From: Candidatus Kaiserbacteria bacterium RIFCSPHIGHO2_01_FULL_46_22
Lineage (GTDB): Bacteria > Patescibacteriota > Minisyncoccia > Phycocordibacterales > UBA918
Assembly (NCBI GenBank): GCA_001779595.1
Contig: MFKO01000002.1
Span: forward strand, 22,279-86,278
DNA: 64,000 nucleotides
Reading direction: 5' to 3'
In this document: piece by piece, positions 45,695 to 55,827 of the stretch
How positions within the stretch are numbered: position 1 is the first letter of the stretch
How the letters are laid out: each line of letters begins with the position of its first letter
Made by a program: the position numbers and the translations under genes
Notes under the pieces: model-generated
Seen by the model: the letters and a program-made list of their open reading frames with translations, nothing else
The model's database searches: none
Told to the model about the DNA's origin: nothing

Positions 45695-48600
45695 ATGAAT
45701 TCCCACACCGCGCACTTCTTGAACCGAGTTCTTTCATTTGTGACCATAATCGCTCTCGTTTTGGTCATGGTGCCGGTTTGGCCACAGATAGCACATGCAG
45801 ATAATCTTTTTTCCACGAGCTTCGAAGGAACTCCGCCACTTGATGAATGGACAAGTGACGATCCTCATTGGGGAGTAAACGCGAGTGATTCAAGAACTGG
45901 CTCAAAGCAGGCGCAAGCAGTGGGAAGTAATTCTGGCGCCGGGACTCTTCTCAAAGAAGTCAGTACGGAGGGCTACGAAAACATCTCTCTAAGTTTTTGG
46001 TACAAACAGCTAGGCATGGACGTTGGCGATAGTATTACAGTGGAATGGTTTGATGGATCAAGTTGGAACCCTGTAACCGCAATCAATGGGCTTGAACTTG
46101 AGGCGGACGACGATGCTGTGTGGGTTGAGTGGTCAGGACTTCTGGGTTCCGAAGCTGACGACAACACCGCCTTTGCCGTAAGGTTTGTGTCGAATATGAA
46201 TTCCGCTGGGAACGATAAGTTTTTCTTAGAGGACGTTAATCTAGAGGGTGAAGAGGAAGAAGTTGTGGGGCCTGTTCCAGATTGTAGTCTCACAGACAGC
46301 GTGTCGATGACTACTTTTGACACTTTTGCTACAGGTACTGTAAATGCGCAAAACTCATGGAGCTCAACTGGCTCTTATGACCAGGAGGTTGTTCCAAATA
46401 CTTATGGCTTTGAAGAGTTCGGTTGTAAATCACTTCGCATCTCAAATGCTGTAACAAGCGGTGCTTTCGGGAATCAGACGTTTGCCGCTCCAACTGCGGG
46501 TACAGCAGGCGAATCAAGTGTTGCGGCCAATAATCATTTTGAGGCAGAGTTTGATATTGCTTCAACAATGCCTGGTTTGCAGTCAGGTCTGACACTTTCA
46601 GTGTCTCCTGATGACGGAAATGGTTCACGTATGAGCTATTTGAGCTTCACTGACACCGCAGATGGTATCGATGTGGTCTTTTATGACGTAACAAACACCG
46701 GCCCTCTTCCGAGCGTAACTTCATGGAATGATACAGAAGTTGCAACACTTGATCGCGATGAGTCCCATACAATCAAATTTGTAATGGACTTCGTAGATGG
46801 TCCAGGTAACGATGTTGTGAAGATTTATATAGATGACGTACTTGCACATACAGGCACCAGCTGGGAGGACTATTATCGCTATGACGCAGAACAAAACGGC
46901 AACGGAAACGCATTGTTCGGAGTAGATACTCTTATCTTCCGTGCTGGAGGGACAGCTGTTCCTGCAAACGATAGCAACGGTTTCCTGTTCGACAATATGT
47001 CTATGTCAGTTTCAGACATTAGTTCTGGCAGCAGTACTTCTGAAACCATAGTGGTTTCCAGCAACACATCTGCAGGTGAGAATCTACCAGGATGGATGTT
47101 CAACCGTGATCCAGGCACAGATACTCCATTTGTGTTCAACACTGATCAATCATCTATCGGTGCTGGTAGTCTCTACGTGTTGCCGATTGGCTCATCTAGC
47201 CCAAGCGATAAATTTATCGCGGAGAACTTCATCAATGCACCAATTGCCGATGTCGATTCTATTTCTTACGACTTTATGATCGGCAGTGGCGGCGAGAACA
47301 CTGATGAGGAACAGTTCTATATGAATGTATACGCCAACTTCGGCGTATCTGACGACAATAAGTTTTACGACTGTCGATACAACATCGTGCCAACAACTGG
47401 TTCTACTGGCGGATTTACGACTGTTACATTTGACCCAAATCAGAGCTATCCAGTTACCACCCGAACCGGAGGCTCTGCGTCACCATTTACCTGTCCTTCT
47501 GTACCAGCTCAGATGGATAACTTAAGTCCAGGCTCCAATATCCGTGTCTTCTCCCTAAATCTTGGTGATACCACCGTGAGCGATGAAGGTATAGACGGTT
47601 ACTTTGATCGAGTGGTTACAGTTATTGACGATGGAGACAATACTCATACCACCACTTATGATTTCGATCCTGAATCTGAAGCTCCAACTGCCGCTGTAAC
47701 AATGTGTAAGTACAATCCATCTGAACAGACAATGGATGGTTGGACTTTGATGTTGGAGGGTGAACATATAGAAGACGTTGTTGTGCCAGCTGGCGCTATT
47801 GGAGGTATAGACACCACCGCTTCTCTTGAGGCTGGTAAGTCCTACTTCGCGGTAGTAAATGGCGTATGGCTAAACGATCGTACTCCTGACAATCACGTGG
47901 ATGCAGAGTACTCAACTGAAGACAGTTGGCTTACTCAAATGGACGGATTCACTGGTTACGGTGAAAACATTCTTGATCTACAAGTAGGAGAAGAGTTTGT
48001 AGAATGGGGTCCATACAACAGCACTCATACTTACTCAGCATCATTCACTCCAAGTGTTGATGGCTCTGTGAACTTCCGTATCTTTGACGGTACAGGCGAC
48101 ACACCGAATGCTTCTTGGTACGGAGATAACTCTGGTTCACTCAGCGTATCTATTTATGAAGGTTTTGCCGGAGTAACTGACGATGGTTGTGTTACTTTCG
48201 ATGCTGTACCTTACGGTTCCTATGAAGTTGACGAAGTGATGCAGGAAGGTTGGGTCAACACATTTGGTCTTGTAGAGGTTGAAGTAGATGAACCGACTGA
48301 AGAGTTCAATGTAGTAAACGATGAGATTGGCGAACCAGAAATGTGTTACGTGACAGTTGTTTCAGATGAGAGCAACTATGTAGAAGAAACTGAAGACGAT
48401 GCGGAATTGACTTGGGCGCATCCAGCCTGGACTGCTGTGATCGACTTGGCTGAATGGATCTGGGGTACTGAAAATGTAGAAGATCCAACTGTTACTGAAG
48501 TACAGACTTTTGTTAAAACATTTGAATGGAGCGGCGGTGTTGCATCTTCATCACTTGTAATCGCTACTGATAACTTCTATGAAGTTTACCTAAACGGCAA

Positions 48601-50524
48601 CTTCGTAGCTTCGAGTACAGAAGCCAGCCTCTTCACTGATGCAAACAAGGACACGATTGATGTTTCTGGCTTTATTGAGATGGGAGAAAACACTTTGGAG
48701 ATCAAGGTTACCAACCTCGGTGTTCCAGGCAGCTCACCTACCAGCAATCCAGCTGGTTTGAAATACAACCTCACTGTTGTATCAGACGAAGAGGGTGAAG
48801 ATTGTATGTATGCTCCTGACGAACCTAGTCTTGAGATCACTAAGCCAGAAATAGATGACATGGTACTGGCTGGTATTTACACCTTTGAAGCTGAATACGT
48901 TGATGCAGATGAAAACCCTGATCCTGTACAGTGGGCGATCCGTGCTGGTACTTGTAACGCAGGTACAAACACTGTTGCAGGAAACGTTGATGGATTCTTT
49001 AGCTCATCAACACCACACACATGGAATGGAGCAAGCTTCTCTAGCACCATTGATATGAGTGACTGGGATGATGGCGAATACTGTTTCGTCGTTAATCCAA
49101 CTGAAGATGGCGGCACAAACTTCCGTGAGACTCGTCTATTTACTCTTGAAAACGCTGCACCTACACAATGTCTAGTAGTGAGCGACACAAGTACTGTAGT
49201 GGTAGAGAACAACAATTACGCTGTTGCTACTTGGGATGAGCATCATAACTGGACTCATGACATTCTTGGAGCTACTTGGATCTGGGATAACCTCTACGTT
49301 GTAGATCCTGAGGCTACAACCACGTTAACCTTCAAAGAATCATTTACTGCAACTGATATTGAAGAAGCGTCGTTTGAAATCGCAACCGACAATGCATACA
49401 AGGTATTCATTAACGGTGTATTGCGATATGAGCAGTCAAACTCCAACAACTTCCAAACTCCTGATGAGCATGAGGACGTCCTCGACTTCCTAACTGAAGG
49501 AGAAAACGAACTACTTGTAGAAGTGACCAACTTCGCAGTGGAAGACAGTATTCCTAAGACCAACCCAGCTGGAGCGTTGTTCAAACTAGATATGGAAGTT
49601 GGTGGTGTTTGTGAAATCACTACTGACCTAGAGGATGAATCAGAACCTCAGCCTGAAATCGGAGAGAATGAAGTCTTTGGCTTCGTCTGGGTGGACGATA
49701 ATGAAGATACCTCTAAGAATAACGACGAAGACTATCGCTCAGGTATCGGTATTTCGATTAATAATGGTTCAACCACAGTTTCTACCAGCACTGATGCAGG
49801 TGGTCGTTACTTCTTTAACATCGATGATGGTAGCTGGACTATCAGTGCCACAACTGGAGGAGAGTGGAGTCTAACTTACCCGTCTGATAACGGTGGTGAA
49901 CACGACGTCAGTGTAAGCACTAGCTCTGGTCCTTATGACTTCGGTATTGTCGAAAACGGTTCTACCGATGGAGGTGGTGACGGTGATGGGGATGGCAATG
50001 GCGATGGGGACGGTGATGGCGACGAAGGTGGCGGAACTGGTGGTGGCGACACAACTATCGATTCACCTAGTGGCGATGCCGGCGGTAACCCACAAATAGC
50101 TGGCGTTACGACAAGTGGCGGCCTCTTCTCACGTGGAGATTCTGGTCCGGACGAAAAGGTATTGGGTGAAAGTACTTCGACCGAAGATGGAACAGATGAC
50201 TCTATTGAAGAATCGACATCCACAGCAAAAGCTTTGACTGCAATGGTAGATTGGATTGATGAGTGCTGGTACTGGTGGCTCTTGGTCTTCGCTTGGATCG
50301 TATCAAGCGGCGTTGTTTACTACTGGAAAGGTTGGAGCAATGAACCAATTTCTCTAATGAGCGTTGAACTATTGTTCAGTATTCTTGGATTGCTTGGACT
50401 GATGTCCTACCTAGTGTTTGGCTTACATTGTGCATTGTGGCCTTCTCTAATCACTATGTTGGGCTCAGCGATACTGTACTATGTCAATAACCGTGAGATC
50501 CCTTCGTCCAAGACCGTGCTATGA
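45695..50524 (+). CDS. Giant (1609 aa) cell-surface protein with N-terminal signal/TM, internal duplicated beta-rich domains, DG/NG repeat and C-terminal TM anchor
   Basis: Signal-like N-terminus; two ~120-aa paralogous segments; (DG)n/(NG)n low-complexity; C-terminal hydrophobic helices. Confidence 0.6.
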   Translation: MNSHTAHFLNRVLSFVTIIALVLVMVPVWPQIAHADNLFSTSFEGTPPLDEWTSDDPHWGVNASDSRTGSKQAQAVGSNSGAGTLLKEVSTEGYENISLSFWYKQLGMDVGDSITVEWFDGSSWNPVTAINGLELEADDDAVWVEWSGLLGSEADDNTAFAVRFVSNMNSAGNDKFFLEDVNLEGEEEEVVGPVPDCSLTDSVSMTTFDTFATGTVNAQNSWSSTGSYDQEVVPNTYGFEEFGCKSLRISNAVTSGAFGNQTFAAPTAGTAGESSVAANNHFEAEFDIASTMPGLQSGLTLSVSPDDGNGSRMSYLSFTDTADGIDVVFYDVTNTGPLPSVTSWNDTEVATLDRDESHTIKFVMDFVDGPGNDVVKIYIDDVLAHTGTSWEDYYRYDAEQNGNGNALFGVDTLIFRAGGTAVPANDSNGFLFDNMSMSVSDISSGSSTSETIVVSSNTSAGENLPGWMFNRDPGTDTPFVFNTDQSSIGAGSLYVLPIGSSSPSDKFIAENFINAPIADVDSISYDFMIGSGGENTDEEQFYMNVYANFGVSDDNKFYDCRYNIVPTTGSTGGFTTVTFDPNQSYPVTTRTGGSASPFTCPSVPAQMDNLSPGSNIRVFSLNLGDTTVSDEGIDGYFDRVVTVIDDGDNTHTTTYDFDPESEAPTAAVTMCKYNPSEQTMDGWTLMLEGEHIEDVVVPAGAIGGIDTTASLEAGKSYFAVVNGVWLNDRTPDNHVDAEYSTEDSWLTQMDGFTGYGENILDLQVGEEFVEWGPYNSTHTYSASFTPSVDGSVNFRIFDGTGDTPNASWYGDNSGSLSVSIYEGFAGVTDDGCVTFDAVPYGSYEVDEVMQEGWVNTFGLVEVEVDEPTEEFNVVNDEIGEPEMCYVTVVSDESNYVEETEDDAELTWAHPAWTAVIDLAEWIWGTENVEDPTVTEVQTFVKTFEWSGGVASSSLVIATDNFYEVYLNGNFVASSTEASLFTDANKDTIDVSGFIEMGENTLEIKVTNLGVPGSSPTSNPAGLKYNLTVVSDEEGEDCMYAPDEPSLEITKPEIDDMVLAGIYTFEAEYVDADENPDPVQWAIRAGTCNAGTNTVAGNVDGFFSSSTPHTWNGASFSSTIDMSDWDDGEYCFVVNPTEDGGTNFRETRLFTLENAAPTQCLVVSDTSTVVVENNNYAVATWDEHHNWTHDILGATWIWDNLYVVDPEATTTLTFKESFTATDIEEASFEIATDNAYKVFINGVLRYEQSNSNNFQTPDEHEDVLDFLTEGENELLVEVTNFAVEDSIPKTNPAGALFKLDMEVGGVCEITTDLEDESEPQPEIGENEVFGFVWVDDNEDTSKNNDEDYRSGIGISINNGSTTVSTSTDAGGRYFFNIDDGSWTISATTGGEWSLTYPSDNGGEHDVSVSTSSGPYDFGIVENGSTDGGGDGDGDGNGDGDGDGDEGGGTGGGDTTIDSPSGDAGGNPQIAGVTTSGGLFSRGDSGPDEKVLGESTSTEDGTDDSIEESTSTAKALTAMVDWIDECWYWWLLVFAWIVSSGVVYYWKGWSNEPISLMSVELLFSILGLLGLMSYLVFGLHCALWPSLITMLGSAILYYVNNREIPSSKTVL
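48419..48790 (+). repeat. Intragenic domain repeat, copy 1 (…HPAWTAVIDLAEWIWG…TNPAGLKYNLTV…)
   Basis: Shares WxxxxxxxxxWIW, …FExxxxxxxSSLxIATDNxYxVxxNGxxV…, …KDTxDxSxFxxxGENxLxxxVTNxxV…TNPAG… with copy 2; approximate coordinates. Confidence 0.55.
49240..49615 (+). repeat. Intragenic domain repeat, copy 2 (…HHNWTHDILGATWIWD…TNPAGALFKLDM…)
   Basis: See copy 1; approximate coordinates. Confidence 0.55.
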
Positions 50525-50547
50525 TTTAGGAGACATTAGTCTCCACT

Positions 50548-51537
50548 ATGAAGGATTATTCTAGGCGTCTATTCGTTCCGAACGAAGCCAATAATTTCCA
50601 ACCCCACAGTCTGCAGAAAGCAGCTATGGTAGGGATGTTGGTGTTGACCCTGATTACCTTCTCAGTAGTGAATTTACAGTCGATACTTTGGCTGGCATCT
50701 GAATATTTGGTGGCCGCTGTACTGCCAGCTGTCGTACTCGAAGAGACAAATGCGTCGCGTGAACGCGAGCAACTACCGACGCTTCGAAGAAATTCAGAGC
50801 TCGATGAAGCGGCGCGTTTAAAGGCAGAGAATATGGCCGAGGTAGGATACTTCTCACACTGGAGTCCGGATGGTATTTCTCCGTGGCATTGGTTTGAAGA
50901 GGTAGGATATAGCTACGCTCATGCAGGAGAAAATTTAGCCGTGCACTTCACTGATTCTACCGCGGTCGTGGATGCCTGGCTCAATTCTCCTTCGCACCGC
51001 GCCAATATATTGAACGAGCAGTACACAGAAATGGGAATCGGTACGGCAGTAGGGCAGTTTGAAGGTTATGACACAGTGTTCGTGGTCCAATTGTTCGGTG
51101 CGCCCGCGGCGGCCATACCGGTCGTGGAGCCCGCTGATACCCTAGGCGCTACGGCGGATACTCCCCTTACGGAGGACGTGGCCGCCGCAGGCGCACCGAC
51201 AATCGCTGGAGAAAGTGATGATGTAAGAAATGTCGAATTAACAGAATCTGGGACAGTGGTTTTGGAAAGTTTTGCTACCACTTCCGACAAGACAGCTCTG
51301 GCTGCCACAGCAGCCCCGTCTGGATTTTGGAAGTTAGCCACATCTCCGCGTATGGTTCTGCAGATTGTGTATTCGATGATCGGACTGTTTGTAATGGGTG
51401 CGCTACTAATGGCTCTGGTACTCGAATGGCGACGGCATCATCCAATACAGATCGCTTACAGCGCAGCGCTACTTGCTGTAATGATCGTACTTTTTGAGAT
51501 ACACCTAGTTTTCTCTGGTGCCGTTACGATAGCTTAA
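50548..51537 (+). CDS. CAP/SCP (cysteine-rich secretory protein-like, YkwD-type) domain protein with C-terminal TM anchor
   Basis: ...GYFSHWSPDG...YAHAGENLA...AWLNSPSHRANIL...EMGIG... CAP motifs. Confidence 0.65.
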   Translation: MKDYSRRLFVPNEANNFQPHSLQKAAMVGMLVLTLITFSVVNLQSILWLASEYLVAAVLPAVVLEETNASREREQLPTLRRNSELDEAARLKAENMAEVGYFSHWSPDGISPWHWFEEVGYSYAHAGENLAVHFTDSTAVVDAWLNSPSHRANILNEQYTEMGIGTAVGQFEGYDTVFVVQLFGAPAAAIPVVEPADTLGATADTPLTEDVAAAGAPTIAGESDDVRNVELTESGTVVLESFATTSDKTALAATAAPSGFWKLATSPRMVLQIVYSMIGLFVMGALLMALVLEWRRHHPIQIAYSAALLAVMIVLFEIHLVFSGAVTIA

Positions 51538-51576
51538 TGACTTAGGTAGCAAGACGCGGAGGAGCTCTAATCTTAT

Positions 51577-51879
51577 ATGGGAAAGGTTTTTAACGTGATG
51601 AAAGACGAAACGAATGATCGACCTCTCGACATTCATGACTACTTAGTAAAACATCCAGCCTCCACATTTTTTATGAAGATGGAAGGAGACGGTCCTGAAG
51701 GAAGTGGTATTGAGGAAGGAGATGTATTGGTAGTTGATCGCTCTGTAACCGCAAAGCGCGGCAGTATTGTTGTGATGACTGAAGATGGTGAATTAAAGGT
51801 CACTAAATTTCCTTCATCAGATGACTCTGCAGAGTCATCTTTGTGGGGTGTAGTAATAGGATTACTGCGTAATTTTTAA
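51577..51879 (+). CDS. umuD: UmuD'-like (peptidase S24 C-terminal domain) protein lacking N-terminal arm and with Gly at the nucleophile position
   Basis: Aligns to E. coli UmuD from about residue 30: KHPASTFFMKMEGDGPEGSGIEEGDVLVVD vs [30 protein letters not shown]; Ser of GDSM is Gly here; Lys (KVTKF) retained. Confidence 0.6.
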   Translation: MGKVFNVMKDETNDRPLDIHDYLVKHPASTFFMKMEGDGPEGSGIEEGDVLVVDRSVTAKRGSIVVMTEDGELKVTKFPSSDDSAESSLWGVVIGLLRNF

Positions 51880-51895
51880 AGCGTATAATTCCTAG

Positions 51896-53155
51896 GTGAA
51901 TCTTTTTGGATTGGTGGATTGTAATAATTTTTTCGTCTCGTGTGAGCGGTTGTTTAGACCTGACCTAATTGGTCGGCCGGTAGTCGTACTCGGTAGTAAT
52001 GATGGCGTAGTGGTGTCGCGAAGCGAAGAAGCCAAAAAGTTTGGCGTGCCGATGGGCGTTCCGTTTTTTAAAGTGAGAGATATTGTGAAAGATAATAAGA
52101 TCACTCTTTTCTCATCCAACTTTGAACTATATCGAGATGTGTCCGACCGGATTATGTTTGTGCTCCAAGAAGAGCTTGGTGAAATTTACCAATACTCTGT
52201 CGACGAAGCGTTTTTTCAGTTTACAGAGAAAAGCAGCGCCGTGGCGAAAATACAACTCACCGATTTAAAACAGACTATTGAAAAGAAAATTGGAGTACCT
52301 GTCTCGCTTGGTGCTGGCAAAACCATGACAATCGCCAAGTACGCTAGTGAAATGGAAAAAAGAAAAAGTGGCGTATGTGTTCTTTCAGGCACGGCGTGGC
52401 AAAAGTTAACGCCGCAGATACCACTTAGTGAAATTTGGGGCATTGGTGGGAAAACCTCCGTTAATATGCGTAATCATAAACTCAACTTCGTAGCGGATTT
52501 GTTATCCGCACCTGAAAGTTTCATTAAGGAAGAGTATGGCGTGCACGGGCTCCGACTTCGTTCAGAATTGTCCGAAAATCCTGCCCATCAACCTACTGAA
52601 CGTGAAGGACTGCAGAAAAGTATTATGCATACTCGGTCGTTTTCTAAAACGACAGAATCCTTAGCCGCCTTAGAAACTGCTGTGACATTCCATATTGAGC
52701 GGGCGGCCGAAGAACTGAGAGCTATTGGAGGAAAGGCTGGGTCACTTTCGGTGCAAATTCAAACGAGCCGTCATGGTGATTGGCTTCTTCAGAGCGGTAG
52801 ACAAGAAATAATTCTGCCAGCACCGATGTCTGACACCAGAACTTTGTTGCGCTATGCGTTGTCTTTGACAAAAGCTCTGTATCGCAGTGGGGTGCCGTAC
52901 AAAAAAGCTGGTGTCGTGTTGGGCCGCATCATATCCGAAAATTTTGTACCGGTATCACTGTGGGATCAGTATGAAAAAACTGATGAAGATGCGCTGCTGA
53001 TGAATGTTATAGATAATCTAAATGCAGAATGGGGGAATGACGCAGTAACTTTCGGTCGTCTGAAAAAAGGGGGTCAACTGGATCACGATCAACATCGTTC
53101 ACCCAGGTACACTACTAGCTGGAATGAAGTGCGAAAAGTTGAAAGAAAAATATGA
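51896..53155 (+). CDS. umuC: Y-family DNA polymerase (UmuC/DinB-like)
   Basis: MNLFGLVDCNNFFVSCERLFRPDLIGRPVVVLGSNDGVVV... Y-family N-terminal signature; immediately downstream of umuD'. Confidence 0.8.
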   Translation: MNLFGLVDCNNFFVSCERLFRPDLIGRPVVVLGSNDGVVVSRSEEAKKFGVPMGVPFFKVRDIVKDNKITLFSSNFELYRDVSDRIMFVLQEELGEIYQYSVDEAFFQFTEKSSAVAKIQLTDLKQTIEKKIGVPVSLGAGKTMTIAKYASEMEKRKSGVCVLSGTAWQKLTPQIPLSEIWGIGGKTSVNMRNHKLNFVADLLSAPESFIKEEYGVHGLRLRSELSENPAHQPTEREGLQKSIMHTRSFSKTTESLAALETAVTFHIERAAEELRAIGGKAGSLSVQIQTSRHGDWLLQSGRQEIILPAPMSDTRTLLRYALSLTKALYRSGVPYKKAGVVLGRIISENFVPVSLWDQYEKTDEDALLMNVIDNLNAEWGNDAVTFGRLKKGGQLDHDQHRSPRYTTSWNEVRKVERKI

Positions 53156-53159
53156 AAGG

Positions 53160-53197
53160 CTAACGGCCGGCCTGCAGGCCGGCCGTTAACTAATTTT
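53160..53197 (+). terminator. Rho-independent terminator
   Basis: taacggccggcctgcaggccggccgtta perfect palindrome followed by a T-rich run. Confidence 0.8.
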
Positions 53198-53255
53198 TAT
53201 TCACTAAATAATTATCCACTGCAAAAAATAATTTTATAAGCATTACATTTGTATA

Positions 53256-54284
53256 ATGAATGCAATAGTTATGCGCGCTCTTCTTTCGTTTGGTTTTGCA
53301 AGTCTACTACTCTCTCCTTTTTTTGCGCTTGCACAGATTGCCGAAATAACACCGGAAGAACTTTATGCTGGAGGCCCTGAAGCGCCGACCATTTTATCTT
53401 CTACCCACCCAGATCCTGATCGTTGGTATAAAAGCGGGCCGGTAGAATTCAGCTGGGATTTGCCATCAGATATAACTGCTATTGCGGCGGACATCTTTAT
53501 ATCCTCGGGCCGTGAGCCGATGCAGCCGTATCGGCCTGCAGTCGACACTCTTTCATTCACGGCTGAGGATCTGTCTGAAGGAATCAACTACTTAGTTGTT
53601 CAATTTCGTAACTTTGACAAGTGGGGAATGATCGCAGAACGGACAATTAAGATTGACGACACTGCTCCGAGCGTACCGGTTATAGATGTCAGTCAATTTG
53701 ATAAAGAAGGGGGTATGTTGGTTAAACTAACAGCTAGTGACCAATTGTCCGGCTTATCTCATTTTGAATTAGCTTTTGGAGATCGCCAGTCAAAACGATT
53801 GGATGTAGCAGAGGCGTCGCGCGGACATCTACTCACGCTGACTCCAGGACAATCTTCTCGACTGCAGGTCACTGCTTACGACCAGGCTGGTAACAGTAGT
53901 GAAGCCTCGCTCATTGTCTGGCCAACGTCCTATAACGCATCCTCTATCGCCGCTACAATGGCAGATGAGCCGGCTTCCTTCTTGGTCACGTTGCTGACCT
54001 TTCTCTTAACTTTGATGTTTGGATACTTAATTTACGAACGCCTGCGATACGCTCGGGCACTCGCTGCATTGCGTAAAGAAACAGCCGATGTTCATAATCA
54101 AATGATTCGTATCTTTACCGCTCTTCGTGAAGAGATATATGATCAAATACGTGGTATCTCAAAGAAATCCCGTCTGTCCAAAGGCGAGAAACAGGCTGTT
54201 GATGGGTTAAATCAGGCTTTAGCCGTGTCAGAATCTCTTCTTGAAAAAGAGGTTAAGGATGTAAAGAAGCTTCTGGCTCCGTAA
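53256..54284 (+). CDS. Hypothetical secreted protein with C-terminal TM and coiled-coil tail
   Basis: Signal peptide; TM near residue 240; no recognised domain. Confidence 0.35.
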   Translation: MNAIVMRALLSFGFASLLLSPFFALAQIAEITPEELYAGGPEAPTILSSTHPDPDRWYKSGPVEFSWDLPSDITAIAADIFISSGREPMQPYRPAVDTLSFTAEDLSEGINYLVVQFRNFDKWGMIAERTIKIDDTAPSVPVIDVSQFDKEGGMLVKLTASDQLSGLSHFELAFGDRQSKRLDVAEASRGHLLTLTPGQSSRLQVTAYDQAGNSSEASLIVWPTSYNASSIAATMADEPASFLVTLLTFLLTLMFGYLIYERLRYARALAALRKETADVHNQMIRIFTALREEIYDQIRGISKKSRLSKGEKQAVDGLNQALAVSESLLEKEVKDVKKLLAP

Positions 54285-55373
54285 TTGCGCTTTTGGCCGA
54301 ATAGGCTACTATTTCAAATAAATATGCTACTGAATCGGATGGTTGAATACGTTTTCTTTTTCGGCCTGATGGCCGTGATTGGTTATTTGATATGGCTGAT
54401 GTTTTCTCCTTTTATCACGGCGCTGGCCTTGTCAGCGGTGATTGTGACCATTTGTTACCCGATATACGAATATATTCAAAAGAGAATACCTCGTCAGAAC
54501 GAAACAGCTGCTGCATTTCTCACCACCATTCTAGTCTTAACGATCGTGGTCCTTCCTTTGGTTTGGCTTACTTCAATTTTGGTTAGCGAAGCGGTATCTA
54601 TTTATAAGATATTGGGCAACGGACAATACTCGTTGGTAGGTACCTTGAATGACCTAGAAGAGTTAGCAAGAACGCTGGTTCCTGGACTTGAGCTGGATTT
54701 GGCAAGTTATTTACGTCAGGGTGCCCGCTGGTTTGCTGGTAATCTCGGGGCAATCTTTGCTGGTACTGCAGCTACTTTGTTTTCGTTTTTTATTGCCTTG
54801 ATCGGCTCTTTCTACTTTTTTCGAGATGGTAAGCGCTTCACCAAGTCATTAGTTAAGATTAGTCCACTTTCTGATCTAGATGACACTTTGATTTTGCACA
54901 GAATGGCTATGGCGGTGCGTGGAGTAGCAACAGGAACTGTTTTGATCGCCATTATTCAAGGCACTTCAGCGGCCATCGGCTTCACTTTGTTTGGTTTTGA
55001 GCGAGCTGTCTTATTTGGCACAGTTGTAGCGCTAACTGCCTTGGTGCCTGGGATTGGTGCATCGGCTGTCTTTTTGCCAGCTGCTGGATATTTGGCATTT
55101 ACAGGCGAATACGTCGCTGCGGGTGGATTGTTGGTATGGTGGCTTTTGGCAGTTTCTATTGTAGACAATATCCTAGGTCCATACTTAATGAGCCGTTCAC
55201 ATCCAATGCATCCTTTTTTGGTTCTACTTTCAGTGCTTGGTGGTTTGGTGTTGTTTGGACCAATCGGTTTCATTGTTGGTCCCGTGGTGACAAGTGTCTT
55301 CTTGGTGTTGTTGGAGATTTATGCCTTACATATCGCTCCAGACAAAGTGGATGACGATGAGTTAGTTGCTTGA
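54285..55373 (+). CDS. AI-2E family transporter (PerM/YhhT-like)
   Basis: 8 TM, ~350 aa, ...IGSFYFFRDGKRF... signature region. Confidence 0.6.
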   Translation: MRFWPNRLLFQINMLLNRMVEYVFFFGLMAVIGYLIWLMFSPFITALALSAVIVTICYPIYEYIQKRIPRQNETAAAFLTTILVLTIVVLPLVWLTSILVSEAVSIYKILGNGQYSLVGTLNDLEELARTLVPGLELDLASYLRQGARWFAGNLGAIFAGTAATLFSFFIALIGSFYFFRDGKRFTKSLVKISPLSDLDDTLILHRMAMAVRGVATGTVLIAIIQGTSAAIGFTLFGFERAVLFGTVVALTALVPGIGASAVFLPAAGYLAFTGEYVAAGGLLVWWLLAVSIVDNILGPYLMSRSHPMHPFLVLLSVLGGLVLFGPIGFIVGPVVTSVFLVLLEIYALHIAPDKVDDDELVA

Positions 55374-55815
55374 TTCTATTATGATCGATCGCAGTTACCT
55401 TGAAAGAATATTGAAGATGAATGGCTCGTCTCCGACTGCGCCAGATGAGGAAATACGTTCTGTTTTAATTTCTGCCCGCTGGAAGAAGGATGATGTTGAA
55501 AGCGCGATCACTGTTTTGCGTGAAAACGTAAACACTCACCAGAGTCGAATTGAGCGTGTTGACAATGTGTTTCTTACCGACAAAAGACTTAGCCCTGAGG
55601 CTATTCACGCTCTCTTAGGTATAGACGTTAAAGTAAATGCTGAAGACCTCTCTACGCTTCGGGCTCGTCAAAGCTTTATGTATTGGGCACAGGTTAGTTC
55701 TATTTTTGTGATAGCTTTTGTTATAGCGGCGGCATCCTTGCTGGGCGTTATGTATGCACAAGGTGTTGGAATCTTTCATCCTTCATCCTCTAGCCATTTT
55801 CCTGCTAATAAGTAA
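55366..55815 (+). CDS. Hypothetical protein with C-terminal TM
   Basis: ORF with start overlapping the previous stop. Confidence 0.3.
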   Translation: MLDSIMIDRSYLERILKMNGSSPTAPDEEIRSVLISARWKKDDVESAITVLRENVNTHQSRIERVDNVFLTDKRLSPEAIHALLGIDVKVNAEDLSTLRARQSFMYWAQVSSIFVIAFVIAAASLLGVMYAQGVGIFHPSSSSHFPANK

Positions 55816-55827
55816 GATAGCTGTCAA

